Source: Opitutales bacterium (lineage in GTDB: Bacteria; Verrucomicrobiota; Verrucomicrobiia; Opitutales; UBA2987). From it: 64,000 bases of DNA. The stretch is taken from the NCBI GenBank assembly GCA_965226885.1, contig CBDDEL010000015.1, positions 96,001 to 160,000 on the forward strand. The letters run 5' to 3'. Positions 1-12,412 of this stretch are shown in pieces. The notes under the pieces are model-generated. The model saw nothing but the letters and a program-made list of their open reading frames with translations, was not told the origin of the DNA and ran no database searches. Made by a program: the position numbers and the translations under genes. How positions within the stretch are numbered: the stretch's first letter is position 1; each line of letters starts with the position of its first letter.

Positions 1-32
1 CTGAAAACGAATTCTATCAACCCCCCTCCCCG

Positions 33-527
33 ATGCTTCACCTCATCCTCTACCAGCCGCAGATACCCCAAAACACGGGAAATATCGGGCGGCTCTGCGC
101 GGTCACCAAATCGCGCCTCCACCTCATCCATCCTCTCGGATTCGAGATCACCGACCGCCACCTCAAGCGCAGCGGCATGGATTACTGGAAAGCGCTCGAT
201 ATCGTCCACCACGATTCGGGCCAGGATTTCCTCAAATCCCCCCAAAAACCCGAACGCCTCTGGCTCTTCACCACCAAAGCCGCCAAATCCTTCTGGGAGG
301 CCGATTTTACGGACGGCGACGGCCTCATCTTCGGCAACGAAACCTCTGGCAGCCCCGACTGGCTCCACGAGGCGATGCAACCCGGCCACCGGATCACCAT
401 CCCCCACAACAACCAAAGCCTCCGCTCCCTCAACCTCTCCACCAGCGCCGGAATAGCCGCCTACGAAGCCCTCCGCCAAATCGCTACGGCCACGGCCACG
501 GCCAAGGCCGAAGCCCAGGCTGATTGA
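33..527 (+). CDS. trmL: tRNA (cytidine/uridine-34 2'-O)-methyltransferase, SPOUT family
   Basis: PQIPQNTGNIGRLC, RSGMDYW, LIFGNETSG and RSLNLS motifs; 164 aa. Confidence 0.93.
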   Translation: MLHLILYQPQIPQNTGNIGRLCAVTKSRLHLIHPLGFEITDRHLKRSGMDYWKALDIVHHDSGQDFLKSPQKPERLWLFTTKAAKSFWEADFTDGDGLIFGNETSGSPDWLHEAMQPGHRITIPHNNQSLRSLNLSTSAGIAAYEALRQIATATATAKAEAQAD

Positions 528-817
528 TTCTTCATTTTTTGGAACTGAGGGAAGCCTGTTAAAAAGCGCTCCCAAGGCGCTATCTATTATATACCCGCGT
601 ATATCCGTGTAATGTGTAATCTGAGGGTGCAGTTGCGGATTTATAAAACCCGGGCATTAAGCGAAAGAAATGCGACGCCTCAACCGAAGGTATAAACAAG
701 AGCGCAATACACATCCACCCACAAGAGAACTTGAAAATACGTTTAACCGTAGCAATATTGCAGCAGAGATCACCGCACCTGCATCTAAATCTATAAAATA
801 GTCGGAACATGCCGCCC

Positions 818-846
818 ATTATACAGCAAAACCAAGAAAATGTCAA
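818..846 (-). promoter_or_regulatory. Consensus sigma70 promoter firing leftward
   Basis: Minus strand reads TTGACA-17 bp-TATAAT (perfect consensus). Confidence 0.7.
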
Positions 847-1021
847 TGGCTACGTTGGCTCCGTTTGATGCGTTTGATTAAACTTCGATTTTCAGGGTAT
901 TTTTCACCAATAAACCCCAATTTCACCCAAAAAACACCCTCCCAACAAATAAAAAATAGCCAAAAGCCCAGAAAATCCCCCCATCTTGCATCCAATATCC
1001 GAGTTAATCCATGGTTAAAAA
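818..1021. repeat. Non-coding dispersed element copy 1 (promoter + 9-bp periodic GGCTCCGTT motif + ~100 bp + degenerate ATCCGTG arm)
   Basis: About 140 bp aligns by eye with 35299-35460; partial third core at 1085-1116. Confidence 0.7.
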
Positions 1022-1257
1022 AAATCAATCCTATCCAAAATTTCGTGAATACGCATTCTACCACAAAACCCGAAAACAGGCAACTGATAGGTTGGCTCCG
1101 TTTGATAGGATAGAATAAATATATCAAATCAATGGGAAATCTCAATCCCAACCTTGCCACCCGGCCAATCCACAACAAATCGTAATTGCCGCCTATTCCA
1201 CTAGCAGATACCAAGAAAAAAAATTGCCAAATCATATTGAAAGCCGAAAATTGGATC

Positions 1258-1315
1258 GAAATATTAGAAAGTAGCTATTTTCAACGTTTATAAATGTTCA
1301 TGTGGGAAATCTCGG
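1258..1315 (+). mobile_element. Orphan IS1380-type right end
   Basis: 52/58 identical to 7548-7605; ends GGGAAATCTCGG. Confidence 0.5.
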
Positions 1316-1320
1316 TTGAT

Positions 1321-1976
1321 ATGAAAAAAGAGCATAGATCATTTATTCCGCAGCGTTTAAGACTTGCCAAAAAACAGCTCAAACTGATGGCACAAAGACC
1401 ATACAGGCTTGCGACCGCGAAACAACGTGCGCTTCCAGGTTTTCTCATACTCGGAGCTGCAAAATGTGGGACCACCTCAATGTATGCCTACATCAGTGAG
1501 CATCCCCAAGTCCATCCTGCAATGTTAAAAGAAGTTCGGTTTTTCAATCGTAATTACGATAAGGGAGAGGATTGGTATCGTTCATACTTTCCTCTGCTTA
1601 AGACTATGAATCACGACAGCATAACCGGAGAAGCTTCTCCGGGCTACCTCAATAATCACTTAGTGTGTGAACGCATTAAAAAGATGTTGCCGAATGTAAA
1701 AATGCTGTGTCTTTTGCGCAACCCAACAGAGCGTGTTATATCACGCTACTTTATGAAATTATGGGCGCGCTACGAAAGCATGCCGATCCTGGAGGCCATG
1801 CAGGCTGACAAGGATTACGCTTTCTCCAAACGAAAACAGAGGCTTAGAGATCGCATTCTGGGCCGAGACCGGCGTTATCAATTTAGCTATTTGGAAGGGG
1901 GAAAGTATGTGAGAAATCTGGAACGTTACTGGCGGCTTTTTGACCGGGATCATTTACTGATACTGTGCAGCGAAAT
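1321..1976 (+). pseudogene. PAPS-dependent sulfotransferase, truncated by IS3-family insertion
   Basis: GAAKCGTTS 5'-PAPS loop, KEVRFF, GEASPGY, LRNPTERVIS; frame runs into the IS end at 1977 and the C-terminus is not found in the window. Confidence 0.85.
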
Positions 1977-3219
1977 TGATCGAACCCCATCTTTGCTACC
2001 ACTTTAAGTGAGAGTATTTCCGTAGGTTTGGTATTGTAGGTTTTGCAGCGGGTGGCGCAATGAGGCCGTAGGCCGAATGGAGCCAGCCGCTGCTTTGTTG
2101 ATTGTTCGCCAGAGTCTGGCAAATGTATTTGGGGAGAGAAAGCCTAATCGGCTGTGGGGGTGTTTCGCGTTGTATTTGTGTCGCCATTGTTCGACCACCA
2201 CACGCGCTTCGGTCACGCTCAGGAACAGTTCCTGATTAAGGCATTCATCGCGCAAACGATTATGAAAGGATTCTATATGTCCATTCTGCCAAGGGCTTCC
2301 TGGATCAATGTATGCGATGGCAATTTCCTGTCGCTGCAGTTCTTCTTTGACTTGGTGGGCTATAAACTCCGATCCGTTGTCCGAGCGGATGCACTGAGGT
2401 TTGCCGTTCTCTCTTATGGCATCGTTCAATACCTCTACCACATCGGCACTTTTCAGTGAGCGCGCAACCTTAATGGCCAGGCATTGACGGGTATGTTCAT
2501 CGATCAGTGTCAAGAGCCTGAGCGGACCGCCCCGGTCGGTGCGATCCGCCACGAAGTCCCAACTCCACACATGGTTGGGCTGCACTGCTCGGGTCGGGGT
2601 AGCCGTGGATTGGCCCTGCCGGCGACGGCGCTTGCCAGACGGGCGCACACCCAGTCCTTCGAAACGACGCACTTTTTGGACGAATTTGCGACTCACGGGC
2701 CAACCTTCATGGGTCAACAAAGCGCGGATCCGACGATAGCCATAGCGCGGATGCTTCTTCGAAAAGGCAATGATGCGTGCCACCAGTTTATGCCTATACT
2801 CAGTAGCTTTCTTGGGTTCATACAGGTAGGTTGAGCGGTGCAACCAAAAATACTGACAGGCCCGACGCAGCGAGCACGACCCTTGGGCCAATACATGCTT
2901 CACCGCTTCCTTTTTCTGCTTCGGGCCTACCATTTTTTTGCGTTCACCTCCTTGAGCACACGGTTCTCCAGCATCTGCTCGGCTACAATCTTCTTAAGCT
3001 GTGTGTTCTCGCGCTCCAGCTCCTTCAGCCGCTTGGCGTCACGCAGCTCCATGCGGCCATACTTTTTACGCCAACGATGGTAGCTTTGAGGACTGATATT
3101 GTGGGACCGACAGACATCCTGAATGCCTTTGCCTGCGTCTACTTCGCGCAGTATCGTTATGATTTGTTCAGGGGTGTATCTTTTTTGCTTCATAGGTCTT
3201 TCCGGTAATTTCTCCAGAA
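1977..3219 (-). mobile_element. IS3-family (IS407-like) element, left end lost
   Basis: Right end TGATCGAACCCC at 1977; orfA 2927-3193 (HTH), orfB 2004-2933 (WSWDF, SDNGSEF, ESFH DDE integrase); A7 slippery run at the overlap. Confidence 0.92.
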
Positions 3220-4544
3220 TGATGTGCACTGGAAAAAGTGGACACGAGATTCTCCTAAATGGAGAATCGAAGCATGGGAAGAAGACGCAGTATAGAGTTC
3301 AAAAATGAGGCAGTTCAACTGATGATACTCGATGGTCTGAGCGCCACCGAGGTATCGACCAAACTTGGGGTCAACACCAACCAATTGTATAGGTGGAAGA
3401 GGCTCTATCTGGACGATCAGCAGGGCGAAGCCACCTCAAAGCGACAGAGCAGTCCGAAGGAGATGGCGGCCGAGATAGATCGTCTTCGCAAAGAGCTGCG
3501 CCGCTCGGAGCGGATCAACCAGATACTAAAAAAAACGGTGGGCTACTTTGCCAAGGACGAACAATGAAGTACCAGTTTGTCAAAGACAACGAGGGGCGCT
3601 TCAAGATCGAGGAAATATGCTCGGCGATGGGGATTTGTCGCAGTGGCTATTACTGCTGGAGGCCCCGAGCGCCCTCGGCCCGGCGGATCGAGGACGAGGG
3701 AATCAAGGGGGCGATCCTGAAGGTACACAAAGAGGCCAAGGGCCGCTATGGGCATCGGCCAATGCACCGCCATCTGAAGGATGATGAGGGCATCGATTGC
3801 GGCCGTGACCGGGCTCTGCGTCTGATGCGTGAAATGGGAATCAAAAGCACCCAGAGTAAACGCTTTAAGCCATTAAAAACCAACAGTAACCATCCCTATG
3901 GTTACAGCCCCAATGTGCTTAAAAAGCATGGCCAGCCGACCCATATCGACGAGGTCTGGGTGGCGGACACGACCTACCTACGGACCCTGGCCGGTTGGAT
4001 GTACTTGGCCACGGTGATGGACCTGTTCAGCCGACGCCTGCTGGGCTGGAGCGTTTCCAACCACAACGACGCGAAGCTGGTTGGCAAGGCCCTCAAAGCC
4101 GCGGCCATGACCCGCGGCACACTGCGCACCGGGATTATTCATCACAGCGATCGGGGCAGCCCCTACGCCAGCGACGACTATCAGAGGCTGGTCTCTGAAC
4201 TAGGCATGAAGCCGAGCATGAGCGCCCAAGGCAACTGCTACGACAACGCGGCCATGGAATCGTTCTACGGCCGCTTCAAGACCAGCACGATTCGAGGCCG
4301 CCACTTTGCCGACGAGCGCGAACTGCGATCAACTGTCTTCGAATACGTGGAAATCTTCTACAACCGATATCGCAAACATTCCTCTCTGAGTTACCAAAGC
4401 CCAGTCCAATTCGAGGAAAATATTTGCCCCCCATGGGGGGCAACGAGAAAACAAAACCCTTTACCAAAACAAGCCGCCTGACACACTAATCAATAAACAA
4501 TGAATATAAGAGAATCCCGTGTCCAACAAATCCAGTACACGTCA
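3220..4544 (+). mobile_element. IS3-family element B, copy 1 (1325 bp)
   Basis: Ends TGATGTGCACTGG...CCAGTACACGTCA; orfA 3274-3567, orfB 3564-4481 (WVADTT, HSDRGS, ESFY); flanks AGAA/AAAT do not match. Confidence 0.96.
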
Positions 4545-4613
4545 AAATCCCGGTTTTTACTTTTACCCATACCCCACTTACCCCCCACTTACCCATACCC
4601 CACTTGAAAATAT

Positions 4614-7313
4614 ATGGCCGATAGGATTAGTGACGACGATCAGGATTTGACATTGGGTTCCATACCGGTCCTGGTCAGGAGGTTGGCGATTCCGGCCAGT
4701 ATCGGGTTTTTCTTTAACACCATGTACAATGTGGTGGATACTTTTTATGCGGGTCTCGTTTCCACCCAGGCATTGGCGGCTCTCTCATTGTCCTTTCCGG
4801 TTTTCTTTTTAATAATAGCCTTCGGTTATGGTTTATCTACCGGTGCGACCGCATTAATTTCCAATTATCTGGGTGCCGGAAATAGAGAAAAGGCCATCAG
4901 ATACACGGCCCAGTCGATTTCGTATGCAGTGCTATTGTCGATAGGGCTAACTATTTTTGGTTATTTCAGCGCTCCGTTTCTATTTCAGATATTAGGGGCC
5001 AGTAAGAATTATCTTACAATGAGCTTGGATTACATCAATGTAATCTATTACGGGGCCGTATTCTTTGTTTTATCATTTATTTTAAACGCACCCTTAAATG
5101 CTGTTGGAAATACTAAACCCTATCGTAATTTCTTAATTATCGGGTTTTTTCTTAACTTAATACTAAACCCGATTTTTATGTTCGGTTGGATCGGATTTCC
5201 GGCCCTCGGACTGGCCGGCATCGCATTAGCTACAGTGGTTATTGAAATTTTGGGGTGTGTTTATCTTTGCTATAAATTGTATGAATCCGGTTTGATTAAC
5301 GTGAGCACAAGAAAATCTTTACTCCCTGATCTCAAATCGTTTAAGGATTTAACTCAGCAAGGATTTCCCGCCAGCATGAACATGGCAACCGTTGCCATAG
5401 GAATTTTTGTCATAACCTATTTTGTCAGCAGATTTGGAAAAGAAGCGGTGGCAGCATACGGCATTGCAACGAGAATTGAACAAATCGCATTGCTCCCAAC
5501 AATCGGGTTAAACATAGCCACACTATCCCTGGTGGGGCAAAATATGGGGGCCAATAAATGCCATAGGGTTAGAGAAACTTTGCACACAACCTTAAAGTAC
5601 GGGGCTTTTGTGGCGCTTTTCGGTGTGCTTTTACTCTTTATTTTTTCAAAACTGTTGATGGGACTATTTACCGACGATCATGCGGTCGTTAATATCGGAA
5701 GCGTTTATTTAAAGATAGCGGCTTTTTTACTTTGGTCTTACGTTATTATGTTTATCAACGTTTCGGCCTTGCAGTGATGTGCACTGGAAAAAGTGGACAC
5801 GAGATTCTCCTAAATGGAGAATCGAAGCATGGGAAGAAGACGCAGTATAGAGTTCAAAAATGAGGCAGTTCAACTGATGATACTCGATGGTCTGAGCGCC
5901 ACCGAGGTATCGACCAAACTTAGGGTCAACACCAACCAATTGTATAGGTGGAAGAGGCTCTATCTGGACGATCAGCAGGGCGAAGCCACCTCAAAGCGAC
6001 AGAGCAGTCCGAAGGAGATGGCGGCCGAGATAGATCGTCTTCGCAAAGAGCTGCGCCGCTCGGAGCGGATCAACCAGATACTAAAAAAAACGGTGGGCTA
6101 CTTTGCCAAGGACGAACAATGAAGTACCAGTTTGTCAAAGACAACGAGGGGCGCTTCAAGATCGAGGAAATATGCTCGGCGATGGGGATTTGTCGCAGTG
6201 GCTATTACTGCTGGAGGCCCCGAGCGCCCTCGGCCCGGCGGATCGAGGACGAGGGAATCAAGGGGGCGATCCTGAAGGTACACAAAGAGGCCAAGGGCCG
6301 CTATGGGCATCGGCCAATGCACCGCCATCTGAAGGATGATGAGGGCATCGATTGCGGCCGTGACCGGGCTCTGCGTCTGATGCGTGAAATGGGAATCAAA
6401 AGCACCCAGAGTAAACGCTTTAAGCCATTAAAAACCAACAGTAACCATCCCTATGGTTACAGCCCCAATGTGCTTAAAAAGCATGGCCAGCCGACCCATA
6501 TCGACGAGGTCTGGGTGGCGGACACGACCTACCTACGGACCCTGGCCGGTTGGATGTACTTGGCCACGGTGATGGACCTGTTCAGCCGACGCCTGCTGGG
6601 CTGGAGCGTTTCCAACCACAACGACGCGAAGCTGGTTGGCAAGGCCCTCAAAGCCGCGGCCATGACCCGCGGCACACTGCGCACCGGGATTATTCATCAC
6701 AGCGATCGGGGCAGCCCCTACGCCAGCGACGACTATCAGAGGCTGGTCTCTGAACTAGGCATGAAGCCGAGCATGAGCGCCCAAGGCAACTGCTACGACA
6801 ACGCGGCCATGGAATCGTTCTACGGCCGCTTCAAGACCAGCACGATTCGAGGCCGCCACTTTGCCGACGAGCGCGAACTGCGATCAACTGTCTTCGAATA
6901 CGTGGAAATCTTCTACAACCGATATCGCAAACATTCCTCTCTGAGTTACCAAAGCCCAGTCCAATTCGAGGAAAATATTTGCCCCCCATGGGGGGCAACG
7001 AGAAAACAAAACCCTTTACCAAAACAAGCCGCCTGACACACTAATCAATAAACAATGAATATAAGAGAATCCCGTGTCCAACAAATCCAGTACACGTCAG
7101 CAGGGAATGAAGCGCCCCATGTTTGCCCTCTGGATTGGACTTGGCAGGCAAATTGTGGCCCCAATTGCTGTTTTTTATTTATTCGTTTATGTGATTGAAA
7201 CCGGTTTGCTTGGAATATGGTGGGGGATATTTGGAATCAACTGGACCGCAGCCATTATATCCTTGGCCTACGCCAAAAAGATAATCAGGCTGGAAGAAGA
7301 AGCGGCTGGTTAG
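4614..7313 (+). pseudogene. MATE efflux transporter split by IS3-B
   Basis: MATE motifs (YNVVDTFY, AVAAYGIATR); removing the IS and one GCAG copy joins ...SALQ|GMKRP... into a 456 aa frame. Confidence 0.93.
5775..7099 (+). mobile_element. IS3-family element B, copy 2
   Basis: Near-identical to copy 1; 4-bp target duplication GCAG. Confidence 0.97.
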
Positions 7314-7605
7314 CCCATATATCCCATTTCATCATAAGAAAATTTACTTATAGCGAGCAAATTCTTAAAAACCAATGGGTGACGCAAAAAGAGCGGTTTT
7401 CGGGTTCAATTTAACCGCCGAATCAAGTTGAGTTCCACGGTGCGAAGGTTCCCAGTGATGCAGGATTGCTACTCTACCGGGAACTCAATGAGGCTCTCGG
7501 GCTGACGGCGATTGGAAGCGAAAATGTCGTGGAGAATCACACAGGCAGAAATATTGGAAAGTAGCTATTTTTAACGATTATGAATGTTCATTTTGGAAAT
7601 CTCGG
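7314..7605 (+). mobile_element. Internally deleted, decayed IS1380-family remnant (MITE-like)
   Basis: 7375-7552 encodes frameshifted MGDAK..RVQFNRRIKL.FHGAKVPSDAGLLLYRELNEALGLT (IS1380 transposase N-terminus); imperfect inverted ends. Confidence 0.7.
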
Positions 7606-7655
7606 ATATAAGGTATTTTGGTGATTGTTTCTTTTTCATTCATATTAAAATTTAG

Positions 7656-8457
7656 GGTAGTGTATTAAGTAGGAATGGTGGCTAATTCTTGATTATATTG
7701 ATGAATGAAAAGTCTCAGACAGGTTTCATGCATACTCTTAAGCTTGGAAAAGGAGAGGGTTTTGCGTGTGAAACGACCCAGTCGTTGGCGCAGGGTATTG
7801 TTCCATCGTTCCACATGGGCCGTTTCACCGGTTTCTTTTCCCACGGATCGGTTATGAGGAAAGACTTCATCATAAGTGCTCCAAAAGTCGCTGTAGGTGG
7901 CACATCTTTTGTAGGCCCGTGGCAGACGCTCGTAAAGTTCCCGGCAACGATACCAATCCCGAGGCCCAATGGCATAGGAGAGGATTTGACGGGTGCGTCG
8001 GCAAAGAGCGATCCAAACCCATTGGGCATCGCTCTTGCGCCCCACAAAAGACCACAGTTCGTCCAGTTCAATGACATCATGGCGGCGGGCCGCAAGAATC
8101 GTGCTTTTGAGCGGTCGCAGCGATTGTCGTTTTTTTTAACCAACTCAAAACGGTGTTGGGACTCACCCCGAAGGCGCGCTGTAAACCGCGTAGACTGCTG
8201 CGTTCCTGATAGACTCGAAGGATCATTTCTTTTTGCTCTTCGGTGTATTTCACTGTGGGGTTTTCGCGGCTTTGTTTACCACAATCATGGCAGCGGTAGC
8301 GCTGTTTATGGTTGGGCGTCTTGCCAAATTTAATGATATTTTCACTTCCACAGTGCCGACAATTAATAATTTTAGTAACCATGCACTAAAAATAAACTGC
8401 CTAACGCTATTTGTACAGCTAAAAATACAAAATAACATTCTTTTTTTATACACTACC
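7656..8457 (-). mobile_element. IS1-family element B, copy 1 (802 bp)
   Basis: Ends GGTAGTGTA/TACACTACC; insA 8077-8382 (Zn ribbon + HTH), insB (DELWSF, HVERWNNTLR); 8-bp duplication AAATTTAG. Confidence 0.96.
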
Positions 8458-8600
8458 AAATTTAGAAGGAAAAAAGTTTTCTACGTTTATAATTCATAGT
8501 TGGCGTTTGAAGATAAGCATTGGGATTCTCACGGGGGCGCCGAGTTATGGAGTGGTTTGGCCGTTGGGTGGTGACTGGGTGCAATAATGGGATGTTCGTT

Positions 8601-9179
8601 TCAATCAGTGTTTTTTGTTTTCGACCCCTTGCTGAGATGCGTACTTCTTTGTCTTTGAATCTCGAATAGGCATACTCCGGTGGCTACGGATATGTTTAGG
8701 CAATTGACGTGACCTCGCATGGGGATGCGTAATACTTCGTCGCAGGTATCTGTCGTTAGTCGCCGCATTCCCGATTCTTCGGAGCCCATTACGAGGACCG
8801 TTGGTTCGGTGAAGGTTGCCTCGTAGATCGATTTTTTGCCCTTGTCGGAAGTGCCTATAATCCAAAAACCCGCGTCCTTAAGTTTGTTCAGGGTTTGGGC
8901 CAAATTGGTCACCCGGATAAAGGGTATTTTTTCGGCCGCTCCTCGTGCTACGTGACGCACCGTATCGGTCATCGGAGCGGCCCGTTTGCGGGGAGCGATA
9001 ACGGCTCCCACCCCGGCCGCGTCCGCAGTTCGCAGGCAGGCCCCGAGGTTATGCGGGTCTTGCACGCAATCGAGCGCAAGTAGTAATTTGCCACGCTTCT
9101 TTTCGATGATAGTATAGAGGAAATCCTCGTCCACAACATCGAGTCTTCGGCTGGAAAATTGTCGCGATTGCTTTTTCAT
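8601..9179 (-). CDS. rlmB: SPOUT rRNA methyltransferase, RlmB-like catalytic domain only
   Basis: LDCVQDPHNLGACLRTADAAGV, VMGSEESGMR, IPMRGHVNCLNISVA. Confidence 0.8.
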   Translation of the reverse strand: MKKQSRQFSSRRLDVVDEDFLYTIIEKKRGKLLLALDCVQDPHNLGACLRTADAAGVGAVIAPRKRAAPMTDTVRHVARGAAEKIPFIRVTNLAQTLNKLKDAGFWIIGTSDKGKKSIYEATFTEPTVLVMGSEESGMRRLTTDTCDEVLRIPMRGHVNCLNISVATGVCLFEIQRQRSTHLSKGSKTKNTD

Positions 9180-9195
9180 AGTGGTTTCAAGTCGA

Positions 9196-10917
9196 TCATT
9201 TCGATTTGGATTTCGACGGTTTTTTGCTTGCCGCTTGCCGCTCGATTTTTTTCCAGGAATCGCGCAGGGGCACGGTGAGGTTGAAGACTAGTTTATCCTT
9301 TCCGGAATCGACCGAATCGACGCAGAAATACCCCAATCGCTCGAACTGATAAATGCTGCCGGGGGCGGCCTCGGCCAGGCTCGGTTCGACCAGGCAGGAA
9401 ACGATTTCCAGGGAATCGGGATTGAGGTTGTCGGTGAAGCTCTTTCCCGTTTCGGTTTTCTCCGGACTCTTGGATATGAAAAGCCGGTCGTAGAGCCGGG
9501 CTTCCGCCTCCAGAGCATGTCGCGCCGATACCCAATGGATCGTCCCCTTCACTCTCCGACCATCGGGGGAACTGCCGCCGCGCGTTTCCGGGTCGTAGGT
9601 GCAACGAAGTTCGATCACTTCGCCGGTTGCCTCATCTTTAACCACCTCCTGGCAGGTGATGTAATACCCGTAACGCAGCCGCAACTCGCGCCCCGGGGCG
9701 AGGCGGAAAAATTTCCTCGGCGCCTCCTCCCGAAAATCATCCCGCTCGATATAAAGAACCTTTGAAAATGGAACCTTCCGCGTCCCGGCCGCCGGATCCT
9801 CAGGATTGTTGATTCCATCCAGTTCCTCCTCTTTACCCTCGGGATAATTAACCAGAACCACCCGCAGGGGACGCAGCACCGCCATGACCCGCGGGGCGCG
9901 CTTATTGAGGTCTTCCCTCAGGCAATGTTCGAGCAGGGAAACTTCGATGATGTTTTCCCGTTTGGCCACTCCCACCCGTTCAATGAAGGCGCGGATGGAC
10001 TGCGGCGTATAACCCCGGCGGCGCATTCCGCGCAACGTCGGCAGGCGGGGATCGTCCCAGCCGCTAACGTGGCCGCCCTCCACCAATTGGCGCAGGTAGC
10101 GTTTGCTCAGCGTCGTATAAGTGATGTTCAGGCGGGCGAATTCATATTGTTTGGAGGGAAAAATGCCGAGCTGTGCGATAAACCAGTCATAGAGCGGGCG
10201 GTGGTCTTCAAATTCCAGCGAACAGAGCGAATGGGTGACCCCTTCAAGGGAATCGCTCTGCCCATGCGTGAAATCGTAGGTCGGATAAATACACCAGGTG
10301 TTGCCGGTGCGTGGATGAGCTTCGTGGAGGATGCGGTACATGACCGGGTCGCGCATATTCATGTTGCCGGAGGCCATGTCGATTTTGGCCCGCAGGACGC
10401 GCTCGCCTTGCGGGAACTCCCCCTCCCGCATCCGTTTGAAAAGGTCGAGATTTTCCTCCATACTGCGGTCCCGGAAAGGGCTGTTTTTACCCGGTTGGGT
10501 GAGTGTCCCGCGGTATTGGCGAATATCCTCCGCCGAAAGATCATCCACATAAGCCTTGCCGTCCTCAATCAGTCGAACGGCCCACTGATAGAGCTGCTCA
10601 AAATAGTCCGATGCATAATATTCGTGCTCGCCCCAATCGAAACCGAGCCAGCCAACGTCCTCCTTGATGGCGTCGATAAACTCCTGTTCTTCCTTCACGG
10701 GGTTGGTGTCGTCGAAGCGCAAATGGCAGCGGCCGCCATATTCCTCGGCCATACCGAAGTTGATGCAGAAGGCCTTGGCGTTGCCGATGTGCAGGTACCC
10801 ATTCGGTTCGGGGGGGAACCGGGTGATGACCTCCCCGCCGTGTTTTCCGGCCTTCACATCGTCAGTGATAATGGTGCGGATGAAGTTGGAACTGGAACTC
10901 TCTTCCGGTGAACTCAT
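9196..10917 (-). CDS. glnS: Glutamine--tRNA ligase
   Basis: [37 protein letters not shown]. Confidence 0.96.
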   Translation of the reverse strand: MSSPEESSSSNFIRTIITDDVKAGKHGGEVITRFPPEPNGYLHIGNAKAFCINFGMAEEYGGRCHLRFDDTNPVKEEQEFIDAIKEDVGWLGFDWGEHEYYASDYFEQLYQWAVRLIEDGKAYVDDLSAEDIRQYRGTLTQPGKNSPFRDRSMEENLDLFKRMREGEFPQGERVLRAKIDMASGNMNMRDPVMYRILHEAHPRTGNTWCIYPTYDFTHGQSDSLEGVTHSLCSLEFEDHRPLYDWFIAQLGIFPSKQYEFARLNITYTTLSKRYLRQLVEGGHVSGWDDPRLPTLRGMRRRGYTPQSIRAFIERVGVAKRENIIEVSLLEHCLREDLNKRAPRVMAVLRPLRVVLVNYPEGKEEELDGINNPEDPAAGTRKVPFSKVLYIERDDFREEAPRKFFRLAPGRELRLRYGYYITCQEVVKDEATGEVIELRCTYDPETRGGSSPDGRRVKGTIHWVSARHALEAEARLYDRLFISKSPEKTETGKSFTDNLNPDSLEIVSCLVEPSLAEAAPGSIYQFERLGYFCVDSVDSGKDKLVFNLTVPLRDSWKKIERQAASKKPSKSKSK

Positions 10918-10961
10918 GGAGTGGTTTTTCTAAAAATTAAATGAAGGAGATAGGTTAAGTT

Positions 10962-12296
10962 CTAGTCTTTATCGGCCAGCTGGTTCGAAGTAAATCTCTC
11001 TATGCGGGCGAGAACACGTTTTTTGCCGAGGACCCGCATGAGGGCGTAAAAACTCGGCCCGGCGTTGGTCCCGGAAACCGCCAGGCGCGCCGCATGGATG
11101 TAGTCGCCGGTGTAAAGACCCTTTTTTTCGGAAAGTTGTTTAACGGTATCTTCGAGGCTTTCCTCATCAAAATCCTCCAGATCGGTCAATTCCAGGTACA
11201 GCTCTCGCAGGCGGGCGAGGGGATCGCCTTTTTTGAAAATTTTCCTTTTCGCTTTTTCCAGAAGCGGAAACTCCTCGGTGAAAAAATAACCCGCATAACC
11301 AGCCAGGTCGTTGAGGGATCGGACTTTTTCCTGGCATAATTGGAGGACCGATTTGAGGTATTGCCGGTCCGTATTTTCGTCCACCAGGCCCGCTTCGGCC
11401 AGCAGTGGTGAGGCTTTTTCCATAAAAGTATCCAGCGGGAGGTTGCGCAAATATTCGCCATTGATTTGGGCCAGTTTCCTCTCATCAAAACGGGCGCCGT
11501 CTTTATTGATACCGGGCAGGTCGAATCGCTCAATCATTTCCGGCAAAGGGAAAATCTCGCTATTGTCCTTGGGGTTCCAGCCCAGCAGGCAAAGGTAGTT
11601 GCGGACCGCTTCCGGCAGGTAATGCTGTTTCTCGTATTCCTCCACCAAGGCTCCCTGGGCGCGCTTGCTCATTTTTCCCGGCGCATTCGATTTGAGGATG
11701 AGCGGAACGTGGGCAAAAACCGGTAGCGGCGCCCCGAGCGCGTGGAAAAGCTCCGTATGTTTGCTCGTATTGGAAAGGTGGTCCTCCCCCCGGATAATAT
11801 GGGTGATGCCCATCGTGATGTCGTCCACGACCACCACAAAATGGTAAACTGGCGTGCCATTGGAGCGAAAAATGACGAAATCCTTCTCTTCCGTGCGGAC
11901 GACTTTCCCCCTCACGGCATCGTCGATAATTTGCGCTTCACCCGAAACCTTGAAATAGACCGCCCCGTCCTTGTCATAGGCACGGCCATTTTGGCGAAGC
12001 TTTTCCAGGTATTCCCGGTAAATGCCGCCTCTCTCGCTTTGAAAATAAGGCCCTCGGGAACCGCCAATTTCCGGACCCTCGTCCCAATCCAGGCCGAGCC
12101 AGCGCAATCCGTCCAAAAGCAGTTGGAGCGCCTCCGGGGTATTGCGCTCCTTGTCGGTGTCTTCAATACGGAGGATAAAGGTCCCGCCCGTGTGCCGCGC
12201 GTAGAGCCAGTTGAACAGGGCCGTGCGGGCCCCGCCGATATGGAAAAAACCGGTCGGGCTGGGCGCAAAGCGCACTCTGACATCGGAAGTACTCAT
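10962..12296 (-). CDS. gltX: Glutamate--tRNA ligase
   Basis: [24 protein letters not shown]. Confidence 0.95.
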   Translation of the reverse strand: MSTSDVRVRFAPSPTGFFHIGGARTALFNWLYARHTGGTFILRIEDTDKERNTPEALQLLLDGLRWLGLDWDEGPEIGGSRGPYFQSERGGIYREYLEKLRQNGRAYDKDGAVYFKVSGEAQIIDDAVRGKVVRTEEKDFVIFRSNGTPVYHFVVVVDDITMGITHIIRGEDHLSNTSKHTELFHALGAPLPVFAHVPLILKSNAPGKMSKRAQGALVEEYEKQHYLPEAVRNYLCLLGWNPKDNSEIFPLPEMIERFDLPGINKDGARFDERKLAQINGEYLRNLPLDTFMEKASPLLAEAGLVDENTDRQYLKSVLQLCQEKVRSLNDLAGYAGYFFTEEFPLLEKAKRKIFKKGDPLARLRELYLELTDLEDFDEESLEDTVKQLSEKKGLYTGDYIHAARLAVSGTNAGPSFYALMRVLGKKRVLARIERFTSNQLADKD

Positions 12297-12412
12297 TTTT
12301 TCTGGAAAATGCTTAAGACTTAAAAATTGGAAAACTTAAAAGTTTGAAAAAGGCGGGTTCCCCCAGAAAATGCAACCGTAAAGCCGATGGCGGTGGCATT
12401 CAAACCAGGATT

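Noticed and set aside
580..846. 88 aa ORF downstream of the consensus promoter
   Set aside because: No recognisable domain; possibly a signal-peptide remnant, but not supportable as a CDS.
5948..6119. N-terminal extension of IS3-B orfB as a separate gene start (also 3393-3563)
   Set aside because: It overlaps orfA in the -1 frame; expression by frameshift at the A8 run or the ATGA coupling is standard for IS3.
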